Virus record (IMG/VR): IMGVR_UViG_3300033068_001847
Span: 1 to 64,000 of that record
DNA from: a virus
Lineage: Duplodnaviria; Caudoviricetes
DNA length: 64,000 nt
Reading direction: 5' to 3' (one strand)
Both the position numbers and the translations under genes were made by a program. The first letter of the stretch is position 1. Every line of letters starts with the position of its first letter. Below the pieces are notes generated by a model. That model was not told the origin of the DNA. It worked only from the letters and a program-made list of their open reading frames with translations, and searched no databases. Shown one piece after another: positions 28,941-40,529 of the stretch.

Positions 28941-30944
28941 TTAAAAATCAATCTCTAATTGAATTAACACTGTATCAGATACTTTCTTTTTAATTGGTTT
29001 CGATAATTTACCTATAGCTACCAATTCTTTTAAATTATTGAATATTCCAACTTCAGATACAAATACACTATCGTTATTTGATTCATTATAAGTTGGATTA
29101 ACAGTAGCTCTAAATTGATTTGATGGCATTGCAAAAACAAATGATGATTTATAAGTTGTTGCACTAATATCAGTATCTACATTTCCAATTAATACATATT
29201 CCTCACCGAAATTTAATAAATCTACTTCAGCTATAATCGGAACATTTATATGATCATGTAAAGTATATAATGGAGCAGCAGTATATGTAGCAAGATCTAT
29301 CACAAATGAGGTTGCTTCGATATTGATAGCATTCAATTTTCCAGATCCTGAAGCTGCAACAGAACTCGTTACATCAATTTTCTTCCATGCTGTCGGTGAA
29401 GGTCTTTGTCCTACAACAACTTTCTGAGCTAACAGATAAAGTTTATCAGCAGTAAATCCACCAACAGTATCAACCGCTTCTTTTAAGAATGGTAATTCAT
29501 TTGCAGGGAATGTTAATTTAGCATTATTCTGACCTGTACCACCTCTATTAATCTTTCTATAGTTTTGACAATGTAAACCTGTTCTATATCCGTTTGTTAA
29601 TTCGTTCGAGATTAAATATGTAAAATGAACTTCTTCATTTTGTCCTATCAACCCTTGACTTTCACTTACAGCACTTACAAAAGATCCATTTAAAGTTGGT
29701 AAAGTCCAATTTCTGTTAGATTTATAACTCATTGCAGCAATTAACTCTTCATCTTCAATAACAGCTATTTTTAATTCATTGAATACTTTACCTACAATGA
29801 ATCCATTGGAATCAACCAAATTATCATAAGGTACTCTAAATGGTATTGAAACTGTTCCTAGTGCAGATGAATTGGTTGTAATTGTTTGTGTTGTTGTTTG
29901 AGCACTTAATACCAAACCTATTTTTGCACCAGACCCTGAAGCCACTCCTTGTTTATGCCATAATATTGTAGGTAATGTAAGCTTGAATGTTCCTGATTTA
30001 AGATTTTCACCATAATAGTTTGATATTGTATTATTGGTATAATGAATAATACCAATAGATTTTCTACTTAAATCTGCACTTGTATAATTTAAATATTCTT
30101 TAAATCCATTATATATATTACTATCATACTTATCTATACCACGATATGTTGTATTATTTACACCTGCAAGATTCTCTGTAAACATAACATTGAAATTCCA
30201 AACTGGAACATCATCAGGAATACAATTACAGTTATTTTCGAACGATAATGTGTTGTAATTCCAATATGTAGTTGTTGAACCACTTCCATAATAATCATTG
30301 ATAGCATCACCACCTTTGATTACATATATATTACATGTACCAGTACCACCGCTCATTGTTGGTAATGTTCTATCAACTGTAATAATAGTTGATCCTGTTG
30401 GAGAAGTTACAGCCTGAACTTTATAAGTTAAATAAGGAATAGTTAATCCACTTAAAATATCTGTTGAACTACCAGTTTGTGTTTCATTTCTTATACCAAC
30501 TAAAATAATATCATTTATATCAATTGTACCTGTTGCCACTGTTGTTAAGAATGCTGTACCTCCAGAAAATGCTGAAGAAGCTACAGATGCAGTACCTTTA
30601 AACCTGTTTGTAATAACAGTATTAGTAGTACCTGTAAATAATCCTCTTGTAGTAGCTTGGTTATTAATCTTCTGTTCTATAGGAATTACATTACTTAAAA
30701 GATTAAAAATATCTTGACCTGAATTTGAAGGAATAGGAGTTTTAATGTTATAGTTTTTATCTTTCGGAGCTAAAACTTTATTATCAGATAATGTATAATC
30801 TAAGCTGTAGAAACCATAATCTATTTCAGAATCTCCGCATACCCAATAGCTGTAGTTTAAATTACCTTGTGCAAGTAATTTTCTACCAGTATCTGTTAAT
30901 TTAGCTCGTATAACAGTAGTTGTTTGTGAATTAATAAAACTCAT
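28941..30944 (-). CDS. tail/baseplate structural protein (tail-collar-type N- and C-motifs)
   Basis: KLTDTGRKLLAQG...GDSEIDY; C-terminal VSEVGIFNNLKELVAIGKLSKPIKK; TATTTATA at 30958-30965. Confidence 0.7.
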   Translation of the reverse strand: MSFINSQTTTVIRAKLTDTGRKLLAQGNLNYSYWVCGDSEIDYGFYSLDYTLSDNKVLAPKDKNYNIKTPIPSNSGQDIFNLLSNVIPIEQKINNQATTRGLFTGTTNTVITNRFKGTASVASSAFSGGTAFLTTVATGTIDINDIILVGIRNETQTGSSTDILSGLTIPYLTYKVQAVTSPTGSTIITVDRTLPTMSGGTGTCNIYVIKGGDAINDYYGSGSTTTYWNYNTLSFENNCNCIPDDVPVWNFNVMFTENLAGVNNTTYRGIDKYDSNIYNGFKEYLNYTSADLSRKSIGIIHYTNNTISNYYGENLKSGTFKLTLPTILWHKQGVASGSGAKIGLVLSAQTTTQTITTNSSALGTVSIPFRVPYDNLVDSNGFIVGKVFNELKIAVIEDEELIAAMSYKSNRNWTLPTLNGSFVSAVSESQGLIGQNEEVHFTYLISNELTNGYRTGLHCQNYRKINRGGTGQNNAKLTFPANELPFLKEAVDTVGGFTADKLYLLAQKVVVGQRPSPTAWKKIDVTSSVAASGSGKLNAINIEATSFVIDLATYTAAPLYTLHDHINVPIIAEVDLLNFGEEYVLIGNVDTDISATTYKSSFVFAMPSNQFRATVNPTYNESNNDSVFVSEVGIFNNLKELVAIGKLSKPIKKKVSDTVLIQLEIDF

Positions 30945-30994
30945 TTGTCCTTTTTAATATAAATATCTAATTTTAAATTCTTAGCAATTTTATT

Positions 30995-33900
30995 TTATGC
31001 TAAGACTCTATTATCTGTTAAGAAATAAGATGGAGTACTGTATATTGTAGTCACCGTTAATTCATTTAACATATTATAATGATACTTCTCAGACTTGATT
31101 CTATAATAGTATTTCAAGAATGGTGTAGTAATGTTTCCAACGTATAAATCGTAATCATTTAAGGTTATTGTGCTTCCTGTCACATATGGTGTGGTTTTAG
31201 TCATTACAATATTATTAAAGTCCGCATCCGTAGCAACCTCTACAGTATATAATCCTGTTTTGCTATCATTTTGTACCTGCCATGCGACAAATAACTCTTT
31301 TTTAGTTAAGTAATATAGATCCTCAAAAGGTGCTGGATAATAAACTATAAATACATCATCCACATCCAACTGCCCTGTAAATACTAACTTGTATGGATTA
31401 TCAGCAGATGGGTAATAATCAGTAAATTTCTCTAATTTATTACCGTTCAATACAACAACCATTTGGTTGTAATCAATATCCACGTTAACTTGGAAATCAA
31501 AATAATATTCGTATTTATTTGTAGTTGTGTTATAGAATGCACCTAACGGTGGAGCAGTTGTTCCAGATGGAACAGCTTCAATAATATCAAACACACTCGC
31601 AAATACATCCGCACCAAGATTTTTTAAGTATACAATGTTTAATACGTCATTTTCTAAAACCTCAATATCATCTCTTAAAGTAATTTGGAATACTGGACCT
31701 ATTGCTTCACAATAGTATTCACCATCATCACTGAAATCAGGTTCGTTTGATTCTGAAATAGTATTACCATTAATTTGTAACATGATATCACCACTTGGAA
31801 TCTCATTTAACAAGAATACTTTTTGATCATTTGACTCAATAACAATTGATTCATTTACCAATGTACTTCCTGATAAATCAGTAACATCAAATCCACTTAA
31901 TTTAATAACTGGTTTGTAAGGATTACTTATAATACTGAACCAGTAATCACTATTAACATTATACATTCCGTATGATCCAGTCGCACCAGTAGAAACCGAT
32001 GTAAATATTAAATTTAATCCATCGGTACTTAATCCAGTAGTATTAGGTAATCCTTGTGTTTCTAAAGCTTTTATGTAATTATAAACTGTAGTATGAGTAT
32101 TACCAGATAAGTTCAATTTGAATTTATACGATGGTTTAATTAAATAATCACCATCAGCAAAGCTATAAGCCATTGTTTCGTTAATCTCAACTTCTGGAAG
32201 ATAAGTAGGTGTCATTCCAGTAAATGTTTTTGTATGAATTACCGTTGGTTCAAAGAATCTGCTATTAAAATTAAATGGATAAACTGTATATGTAAATTTA
32301 TTACCTTCACTTGTTAAAAAGAACTCAGTATTACAATCAAAAATAAAATCAACCTCTTTTGAAGCTTCACTTATGTTATGAATGATAGGTGCTGTTGTTC
32401 CAGTAACAATCTTCGAAACCTTCTCCATTGTTAAACATGGTTCACTAATTGAAATAATATCACTATCAATAAATGGTTTAACTCTTAAGATACCTATCTG
32501 TTCTGTATTAACAGGTGGTAACGGTGGTGTTGGTGGATCTTCACCTCCCCCATCAGGATTAGGTTCTTCAGGGAAATTTAAATTACTGGTATAAGTAGTG
32601 TCAACTTTAGCAAAATCCTCAACATTGAAAATGTATGGTAGGTTAATATTACCTTTTGTATCTACAGTACTTACACTAATATCAGTATTTGCTAACTGTT
32701 CAGTTTCAAATTCTGACCCATCATTTTCACCTTGTTTGTAATCAAACTTCTGGCGATCAAATATAGTATTCTTATAAACTACGCCACCTTGCCAAATAGT
32801 TGTACTTGGTACAAACTGTTCAACTAGATTAATCCAGAAATCACCAATTTGTTCAATGAATTTAATAACCTTATTAGTATCTAATTTCTTATCACTAACA
32901 GCATAATAATCTTCATATAATTTTTTAAGAGTCGGATAACCATTACCATAAGTTTCAATTACCTTCCTATTTTTAACATTAATAAAATTAGTATATATAA
33001 AGTCTGTATATTCTAAGAATGACATCTTAGTTACATCACCTTGAGTAAACTTATTGCTTGGATATGGTACAGGTAAACCAGAAGGATTAATAACAAATCC
33101 TGTTAATTTATTATACTCATATACATCAGTTTCAACTGGTTTTGCGATATTTAAATAAATTGACGCTTCTTTACTATTTAAAATTAATTTATTATTATCA
33201 GTAGTATATTTAGTTGATCTATCAAGAAGAATATGTGAATTATTATCAATATTCCATGATTTGATATTATCAACAGTACGCTCTAATTCAAATCCTTTAT
33301 TTCCATTAAATTCACTGAAATTTTTAAAATATGAACTACCGCCATCGTAATCTCCAGTATGTATACCAATAACAGATAAAAAGTTTTTATCATTAGTAGG
33401 TACAATTTCTTTCTTTGCTGTCCATCCACCCTTCATTTGGAAATAATTATCTGTAGTATTTATTACAGGTTTTGGATATCCCTCAGCATCAAATGGTAGA
33501 TTTAAATCATCATTATTTAAAACCTCATCAACGTTAATTTTATTTTTAGCTATATATACATACTCATTAAAATCAATTAATGATTGTGGTGCTCCAATTA
33601 TTTTGAAAAGAAAATCAATACAATTTCTAGTTCCTTTAGATTTAAATAAAAATGCTGTATTAATAACTAATCTTCTCCATAACTCAATATCAGTTTCCAC
33701 TGGAGTTAAATTCTTAGTTTGACCAGAGAATATAGTTTTAGTATCTTGACCTAAAAAAGATTTCATAAGATCTCGCTCATTCACAGTTGAGAATGTTCCC
33801 CAACCTAAAGTTCTTGCGAAATTCTTCACTAAAACATCAGGCATGTTATCCTTTTTATCGTATGACGTTGTTGATAAATGAGCTAAACCATCAATGTATT

Positions 33901-34969
33901 TTTTGATTTCATCGAATTGATATCCGTAGATTTTTAATAACTTATCAACTTTCTTTTCCTCAGTATCGAATTCTTTTATTGAAGATGCTGTAAGGTAACG
34001 TGCAATTAAATTTGTTTTATAATCATCATACTCCTTAGCTAATTTAATTAGTGATTCACTATACTGCTCGAATTCATACGTATCATAATCTAGGTTATAT
34101 CCATCGGTAGTTTTCCAAGTAAAAGTTTCATCAACTAATACTATATTACCTTCATTATCCTCATTAGGTACTTTAAATATTGCACTGTATTTTGGATTAC
34201 TATCTCTGTTTAAAAGATAACTCTGGAAATCATTTAAATTCTTTAGGAAAAGATTGTAGTATTCATAAACAGGTTTAATATGAAATGTTTTTAAAGCTGT
34301 AGAAGTTACACCAGTAAATACATTACCCTTAACTGTTAAATAGATATAATTATCATTTACATCCTGACCAGTAAATTCAACAATTGGATATTCAGTATCT
34401 GAATACCACACCACGTATTTACTGAATGAAGTACTTATATTTCTTAAATTTTCACCATTATCTAAAAAGATATTATCGGTTTTATTAAAGCTAAGATTGT
34501 AGTTATTAGTTATAGCATTAACAGGTACTTTGAAAGTAGCTTTTTCACTATTTACATCATAATTGTAATCTAATACCGTTAACAATACATCATTAAATTC
34601 ATTATTAACAAATAATGAAGCAGGGAATTTTGAAACGATCTCAGTAATGTTGGTTTGGATATTATCCTTTAAAGATCCAAAGTATGAGAAATTAGTAAGA
34701 CTGCTCTTATCAAAATTTAACTCAACGCTGGTTAAAGAACTTTGAATATCTAATTCCGTTTTCTGATCCCTAACTATATCATCAATAGTCACGGGTTGTG
34801 AAAAACTATCAATATACTGATAAATGTTTCTTACATTTCTTTCTTCTAAGTTGGTTTTAATAGAGAAAAAGTCTCCACCTAAAGTAAAAAGATCAGTCCC
34901 TTTAGAGACACCAGTTTTTTTACTAAAGAATTGTTCATCAAAATCAGATCTTCCGTTAATTAAGCCCAT
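30995..34969 (-). CDS. large baseplate wedge-like protein
   Basis: LFKSKGTRNCIDFLFKIIG (P2 gpI/T4 gp7-like motif); position in baseplate module. Confidence 0.65.
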   Translation of the reverse strand: MGLINGRSDFDEQFFSKKTGVSKGTDLFTLGGDFFSIKTNLEERNVRNIYQYIDSFSQPVTIDDIVRDQKTELDIQSSLTSVELNFDKSSLTNFSYFGSLKDNIQTNITEIVSKFPASLFVNNEFNDVLLTVLDYNYDVNSEKATFKVPVNAITNNYNLSFNKTDNIFLDNGENLRNISTSFSKYVVWYSDTEYPIVEFTGQDVNDNYIYLTVKGNVFTGVTSTALKTFHIKPVYEYYNLFLKNLNDFQSYLLNRDSNPKYSAIFKVPNEDNEGNIVLVDETFTWKTTDGYNLDYDTYEFEQYSESLIKLAKEYDDYKTNLIARYLTASSIKEFDTEEKKVDKLLKIYGYQFDEIKKYIDGLAHLSTTSYDKKDNMPDVLVKNFARTLGWGTFSTVNERDLMKSFLGQDTKTIFSGQTKNLTPVETDIELWRRLVINTAFLFKSKGTRNCIDFLFKIIGAPQSLIDFNEYVYIAKNKINVDEVLNNDDLNLPFDAEGYPKPVINTTDNYFQMKGGWTAKKEIVPTNDKNFLSVIGIHTGDYDGGSSYFKNFSEFNGNKGFELERTVDNIKSWNIDNNSHILLDRSTKYTTDNNKLILNSKEASIYLNIAKPVETDVYEYNKLTGFVINPSGLPVPYPSNKFTQGDVTKMSFLEYTDFIYTNFINVKNRKVIETYGNGYPTLKKLYEDYYAVSDKKLDTNKVIKFIEQIGDFWINLVEQFVPSTTIWQGGVVYKNTIFDRQKFDYKQGENDGSEFETEQLANTDISVSTVDTKGNINLPYIFNVEDFAKVDTTYTSNLNFPEEPNPDGGGEDPPTPPLPPVNTEQIGILRVKPFIDSDIISISEPCLTMEKVSKIVTGTTAPIIHNISEASKEVDFIFDCNTEFFLTSEGNKFTYTVYPFNFNSRFFEPTVIHTKTFTGMTPTYLPEVEINETMAYSFADGDYLIKPSYKFKLNLSGNTHTTVYNYIKALETQGLPNTTGLSTDGLNLIFTSVSTGATGSYGMYNVNSDYWFSIISNPYKPVIKLSGFDVTDLSGSTLVNESIVIESNDQKVFLLNEIPSGDIMLQINGNTISESNEPDFSDDGEYYCEAIGPVFQITLRDDIEVLENDVLNIVYLKNLGADVFASVFDIIEAVPSGTTAPPLGAFYNTTTNKYEYYFDFQVNVDIDYNQMVVVLNGNKLEKFTDYYPSADNPYKLVFTGQLDVDDVFIVYYPAPFEDLYYLTKKELFVAWQVQNDSKTGLYTVEVATDADFNNIVMTKTTPYVTGSTITLNDYDLYVGNITTPFLKYYYRIKSEKYHYNMLNELTVTTIYSTPSYFLTDNRVLA

Positions 34970-35874
34970 TAAATATTTAAGTTATTAAATAACTCATTGA
35001 AATCTTCAGAATCTGTATTATCAATTTCCATTTTAATCTTCTGAGTTATTTTACCAAATTCATCCTTTTCAGTTAATAAGTTGTATTTTTTGTACACTTC
35101 TTTATTATCATCCGCAGTATATACCATTAATTCACCATCTTGCGTTTCAACTTGGTTACCATATATTCCATGTTTAAGAGTTTCTAAAGTAGTATCTACC
35201 ATTTCGATCTCTAACATTATTGGGTTGAAGAAAGTATTATAAATAAGTATCTCTTGACCTACCTCACCAATAAATGGAGAAACTGTAGGTTTTATGTTTG
35301 AAACCGCACTAGGTGTAAGTGTTAAAAACAATAGATTAGATACATCATTAAATCTATACCTTACTGACTTCTGGTTTGTATTTGTTAAATTCTCACTAAT
35401 AGGCTCACATCTATTTGATGAAGTAACTATTCTGAAAGTATTAGGAATTTTATTACCTGTAACTGTATCTATATATTCAATTCTATATCCATCTAAACCA
35501 CCGTTTACAAGAATTGAAACATAACTTGAGAGAGAAACATCGTTTACATCCAATACTATACCTCTGATATCAGGACGTGCTGATAAGACACCATTATCAA
35601 TAATTTTAGTTTTGATAACTTTAGGTGTGATCACAATATTATATATACCTAAATTCGAAAATTCATTAGCAGGTAATTTAAGGTTATATAAACCACCCAA
35701 AACATCATCACTGTCCGAATGTTTAACTGGCGTTAGAACAACGCTAGGATCAAGCCTAGATGCCTTTAAATCAGTTGTAATAACATCTCTTCCTTGTATG
35801 TATGTGTAAAATATATCAATATCGTTAATATTAACGTCTGCTAATCTTACACTGCCGTATGTTCCATTATTCAT
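34969..35874 (-). CDS. probable virion structural protein
   Basis: 301 aa; TATTTATA at 35889-35896. Confidence 0.55.
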   Translation of the reverse strand: MNNGTYGSVRLADVNINDIDIFYTYIQGRDVITTDLKASRLDPSVVLTPVKHSDSDDVLGGLYNLKLPANEFSNLGIYNIVITPKVIKTKIIDNGVLSARPDIRGIVLDVNDVSLSSYVSILVNGGLDGYRIEYIDTVTGNKIPNTFRIVTSSNRCEPISENLTNTNQKSVRYRFNDVSNLLFLTLTPSAVSNIKPTVSPFIGEVGQEILIYNTFFNPIMLEIEMVDTTLETLKHGIYGNQVETQDGELMVYTADDNKEVYKKYNLLTEKDEFGKITQKIKMEIDNTDSEDFNELFNNLNI

Positions 35875-35903
35875 TTCTCTTCTATTTTTATAAATATTAT
35901 AAT

Positions 35904-36425
35904 TTACAAAGTTTGGTCATAAACTTTATAATAATTATTTCCAAATCCGTAGATCTCATCAGGTGTACCAATCTGTTGAAGTTTACTAAAACTTTCAATC
36001 ACACTTATGTTTGATCGTTCAATATCAATTTCATTATCAGCAATTACTTTATCAGCTAATCCAATGTTTTGATCTGTTCTTACAAAATTGTTTTTAATGT
36101 AATTATCATCTTGTTTTATTATACTAAATGTAGTTTCATTGGTGACTAAATTTGTTTCATATGTTACATCAGCTATTACATATTGTACTGATGTTGCTGT
36201 AACCTTAGTTACTCCATTAACTCCAACTATATAAGGTGTGTTATAATCATAACTTCTTACATCAGCTAGTTTACTTTCAACATTACCAGTTAACGTGGAT
36301 GTTATTTTTTGTATCGTTGTATTTTCAGACAAATCCTCAGCTAAACCTAAATTTTTAATATTTTGAGTCAAAAATAAATTGAATGATAAATTATTTACCG
36401 TTGTTACTTTTTTTATTACTTCCAT
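35904..36425 (-). CDS. probable structural protein
   Basis: 173 aa in baseplate module. Confidence 0.5.
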   Translation of the reverse strand: MEVIKKVTTVNNLSFNLFLTQNIKNLGLAEDLSENTTIQKITSTLTGNVESKLADVRSYDYNTPYIVGVNGVTKVTATSVQYVIADVTYETNLVTNETTFSIIKQDDNYIKNNFVRTDQNIGLADKVIADNEIDIERSNISVIESFSKLQQIGTPDEIYGFGNNYYKVYDQTL

Positions 36426-37144
36426 TATGTTACAACTACTTCTTTAAAATATATATTATCAACTAATACACCATTTACATAAAATCCATAAGTAAAGTCT
36501 TTAAAAAACCTCACTTCCGAATAATATAAACTGTCATTGAACTCCCCGCTATTTAATACAGTATTATTATTATCTTTATCTAATATAAAATAGTGTGCTT
36601 TACCTGTTTTAGCATTTAAGAACATAGCTTTCATATACATTGGTGAATAATCCTCACCAGCAAATGATTTAATATTTTCAAAATTTGAAAAATTTCTATG
36701 ATTATATAAAAAATATAATTCATTTAAAGGATTATTAACAGTAAAGGTTGATGATATTATTCCCGTTAATATATCACACCCCTTTTTACTTTTTTCATTT
36801 GGATAAACAGATAAGGTTTGAGAAAATTTTCTACTCTTATCCGTATCATTAATATAGAACTCCAATAAAAACATGGACTTCTTAAATACATTCTTTTTAA
36901 AGTCCTCACTATTATTGAAACCTGCATATGCGAAATCGGTTAAGTAACTATTTTTATAAAATTTAAAAAATAATTTGTAATCGTTTTTAGGTTTATATGA
37001 TTCTTTTTCAAGATTAAAATTTTCATTTATTTCGACTTCAAAATCATCATTTTCTGAAAAGTATTTTTTATCTATATCAGATGTATCAAAAGAAATTCTT
37101 ACTTCTTTATCATGTTCGCTTTGTAATATTTTATATCTTAACAT
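36425..37144 (-). CDS. probable structural protein
   Basis: 239 aa in baseplate module. Confidence 0.5.
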   Translation of the reverse strand: MLRYKILQSEHDKEVRISFDTSDIDKKYFSENDDFEVEINENFNLEKESYKPKNDYKLFFKFYKNSYLTDFAYAGFNNSEDFKKNVFKKSMFLLEFYINDTDKSRKFSQTLSVYPNEKSKKGCDILTGIISSTFTVNNPLNELYFLYNHRNFSNFENIKSFAGEDYSPMYMKAMFLNAKTGKAHYFILDKDNNNTVLNSGEFNDSLYYSEVRFFKDFTYGFYVNGVLVDNIYFKEVVVT

Positions 37145-38316
37145 AATCTTTTTGTATTGACTTCATCATTTACTAAATCATCAGCAAATTGATCATTGTT
37201 AAACGGTAATAAATTTTTATAGTCTGCTGCCGTTAATAGCGGTACAACTCTTCGTACAAAAAATTTAATATCTTTATACAAATAATGTAACTTATTAATA
37301 AATGGATAGTCCATACCGTTACTATTTTCGAAGTAACCTATATCCAAAATTTCTTTATAAATAACATCTCCATTATTAAAAACAAAACTATAATCAGGAT
37401 AATCAAATAAATTATCTTTATTACTATCTGTTACCACTTCTGAAGTTATTTTAAATTCAAACTCCATGAAAGGTTTAATATAAAGATCAACACCATCTTT
37501 ATTCATTACATAACTAATTTCTTTTAATTTAGAAATAGTTAGAGTATTCAAGTCAAACTCTACCAAGTCAATTAACTCAGGATCTGATACGATCTCTGTT
37601 CCAAATTCCTTATCATAATATTTTTTAAAACTATTTGGTTTGGCTTTAAGGTATAATGAAGTTATCGGTATATTAAAATTATTTTTTAATCCTTCGATGT
37701 TTATATTTTTAAATGTATTGAATTGAAATATTTGATTACCGTAAATGTTAGTAGAGTACGCTGAATTATATACTTTAAGATAATTAGTAGAATAAATTTC
37801 TTTAAAAAATCTTTTGTACTTACAAACTGAAGGAACAATCTTATGATTAGATGTTATTCCGTCTATACTATCTAATTTTAATTTAAATGTTTTATTAATT
37901 TCCTGTACTCCTAAAACTCTATTAGTTGTAAACTTTCCTAATCTGTAGATTAACACTACATCATTAATCTGGAACTTGGTATCAACTAATACAGAATCAC
38001 TAGATACACTTTTTATGATAATCATATCACTTTCCACAGGTAGAAGTTGGTCAATATATCCTACAGAGATTGTGTAATTATTTGTATTTAAATTATAAGA
38101 ATCACCAGCAAGATCATCAGCTAAAGTTTCTATCTTACCATAAAGCAAGTAATCCTTTGCTTCATTACGTTCTAAGTTGAATTGTTTCAACTCATTAATA
38201 GTCTTACTTATGATTGAGTTTTGATAAAAATTCTTAGTATCATCCAATTGAATTGATACTTGATAATCCTTATCAACCGCTTTTAAATATTCCTTGCGTC
38301 CTAATATTAATTTCAT
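37138..38316 (-). CDS. probable structural protein
   Basis: 392 aa in baseplate module. Confidence 0.5.
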   Translation of the reverse strand: MKLILGRKEYLKAVDKDYQVSIQLDDTKNFYQNSIISKTINELKQFNLERNEAKDYLLYGKIETLADDLAGDSYNLNTNNYTISVGYIDQLLPVESDMIIIKSVSSDSVLVDTKFQINDVVLIYRLGKFTTNRVLGVQEINKTFKLKLDSIDGITSNHKIVPSVCKYKRFFKEIYSTNYLKVYNSAYSTNIYGNQIFQFNTFKNINIEGLKNNFNIPITSLYLKAKPNSFKKYYDKEFGTEIVSDPELIDLVEFDLNTLTISKLKEISYVMNKDGVDLYIKPFMEFEFKITSEVVTDSNKDNLFDYPDYSFVFNNGDVIYKEILDIGYFENSNGMDYPFINKLHYLYKDIKFFVRRVVPLLTAADYKNLLPFNNDQFADDLVNDEVNTKRLC

Positions 38317-40061
38317 CTAACTATATTCGTTTTTAAAATCTTAAAATTATTAATATCGTTTCTTAACCCTAACAGAAATATTAAGTTGTTACTTCTTGAT
38401 GGTGCTGATTTAGCAGGTGCTGTTGTATTAACAAACCTAATATCTGAAGAAGGTACTTCTAAATAATGTTTAAGAGTATCGTTAACCAGTACTTCTAAAT
38501 AATCTGTAATATCTATAAATCTAGTTTCCATTTTATAGAATCTTCGATCTAATTCATATAAAAGGTTACTTGGTAAATAAGTTTCTTTACTTTTCTGGTC
38601 ACCATCACCCATCTTACCAAAATATAAAAAACAGTTAATCCAATCCTGACCATCGAAATTAAAATTAGGATAATTAACTACATTTACATCAGATGTTTTT
38701 CTGATAGCATACGGGTATGAGGAATCCAAGTGCGGTGAGAATTTCATTGAAGCACTATAGGTTCTGTATCTTGAAAAGATAAAAGGTTGTTTAGTTACGT
38801 CCTGACCTTGATTTTGTATCATATAACTCCAATATGAAGCATAATCAGGAATTGTTCCATCATCTAACAAAACTTGAATACTATATCTACCTGTAGTTCC
38901 AATACCTTTATTATCATCAACAGAGGGGATTTTATCACCAAATTCATCAGTAATAAATTTATCCTGATCACATGGTAAGTAAACTATTAAAGTACCTAGT
39001 TTACTAGTATTTGTTGTTGTTATTATTTTAATAGAATCACTTTCTTCACCTTTGGTTAAGCCTTTATCCCATTTCAAAACTTTTAGATATGGTTCACCTA
39101 AATTAGTACCATCACCATCAGTTACACACGGGAATAAATGATTCATTTTACTTGGTAAATACTTATCGTTACCACTAAACAAGTTATCGGCTGTAACACC
39201 GTTTCTCCTGCCATTATATAACATTAAATAAGTATTATCTTCAATTACCTGTCCTGTTTTACGATCAACGTATTTATCAATTCCGTAATTAACAACAAAT
39301 GTGGCTGTAGGACTTGCTGTAATTGATATTTTGAAATCATACCTAGTAATACCAATCTCGTTTTCTTCAACGTTACCCCATAATGGTTTAACGTCAATGG
39401 TTGTATTTTGCATTACTATTTGAGGAAGTGTTTCTAAATCATTACTCTCCAAAAACTCATAACTATTTGTACCTGTTTTGTTAAATAATTTTTCTGAAAT
39501 ACCTGAAGCAATTAAGTCATTAGGTCGGAAACTTAGCTCACCTATATTTGATAAATCTAAATCCATGTGAAGTCCTGTACTACCAACAGGTAATCCAAAA
39601 ATCATATAATCTCCAGATCCATTTGTTTTAGTTGTAAACTTATAATATTTTTCGTAGATTTCTAAATAAGTATCATTATCCAAGAATTGTTGTTTACTTG
39701 GAAAACTACCTACCTTCATATCTGTAGTAGGTGTGATTAGGTTGTAAGATATACCTACTTTATTTTTATCATAAATTTCAGTATAAGGATAAATACTAGA
39801 TATTAATGAATTATTAACATCTTCATCACTGATTGGTATAAATACAGAAACATTAGCATTAGGGATACCTAATCCATCATTTGCAATTACTCGACCTACT
39901 AGAACTCCGTAGTCGGCTGTGAAATTACGATAGAAATCTTCTTGTTCAATTTTTAAAGACAATATCTCTAAATAATCAAAGTTCTGATCTAACTTGATAT
40001 TTAAATATTTATCTTCCCCACCGGGAGTTGTACGAATTCGAAATGATTTTTTTTCCATCAT
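38313..40061 (-). CDS. structural protein with carboxypeptidase-regulatory-like (prealbumin-fold) domain
   Basis: GVLVGRVIANDGLGIPNANVSV...TTKTNGSGDYMIFGLPVG; TATTTATA at 40094-40101. Confidence 0.55.
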   Translation of the reverse strand: MMEKKSFRIRTTPGGEDKYLNIKLDQNFDYLEILSLKIEQEDFYRNFTADYGVLVGRVIANDGLGIPNANVSVFIPISDEDVNNSLISSIYPYTEIYDKNKVGISYNLITPTTDMKVGSFPSKQQFLDNDTYLEIYEKYYKFTTKTNGSGDYMIFGLPVGSTGLHMDLDLSNIGELSFRPNDLIASGISEKLFNKTGTNSYEFLESNDLETLPQIVMQNTTIDVKPLWGNVEENEIGITRYDFKISITASPTATFVVNYGIDKYVDRKTGQVIEDNTYLMLYNGRRNGVTADNLFSGNDKYLPSKMNHLFPCVTDGDGTNLGEPYLKVLKWDKGLTKGEESDSIKIITTTNTSKLGTLIVYLPCDQDKFITDEFGDKIPSVDDNKGIGTTGRYSIQVLLDDGTIPDYASYWSYMIQNQGQDVTKQPFIFSRYRTYSASMKFSPHLDSSYPYAIRKTSDVNVVNYPNFNFDGQDWINCFLYFGKMGDGDQKSKETYLPSNLLYELDRRFYKMETRFIDITDYLEVLVNDTLKHYLEVPSSDIRFVNTTAPAKSAPSRSNNLIFLLGLRNDINNFKILKTNIVR

Positions 40062-40108
40062 AAGTAATTGAATATATATTATATCCGATTACTTATAAAT
40101 AGTTAAAT

Positions 40109-40528
40109 TTAGTTTTTGAAGTGTTTACAGTCTTTGTTTACATAGTATATTTTTTCAATAATGGAAGTTTCTACATCTCCTTTATTACTTAATATACCAA
40201 TTTCTTTTAATTGATCATCTAAGACCATTATCAATTCCTGTAATTCTATATATTCTTCATGATTAACATACTCGTCTGTCATCTTTAATAGATTTTCATA
40301 ATGAAGCTTAATATTTAAAAGGGTGAGTGATAACTGATACAATCTATGTTTTGTATTATTATTAAAAGTGGTTATGATTAGATCATTTTCTAACATTGTT
40401 TCTAATAATAATTCTTCTTTCTCTTTAATTTGTTTATTTACCAAATCCACTCTTCGTTTAATCATCTTTTTTTGATAAAATGTAAAAATGAGAATTACTA
40501 CGAAAATATAGATTGCGTATTGGTCCAT
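40109..40528 (-). CDS. single-pass membrane protein
   Basis: N-terminal TM then coiled coil. Confidence 0.65.
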   Translation of the reverse strand: MDQYAIYIFVVILIFTFYQKKMIKRRVDLVNKQIKEKEELLLETMLENDLIITTFNNNTKHRLYQLSLTLLNIKLHYENLLKMTDEYVNHEEYIELQELIMVLDDQLKEIGILSNKGDVETSIIEKIYYVNKDCKHFKN

Positions 40529-40529
40529 G

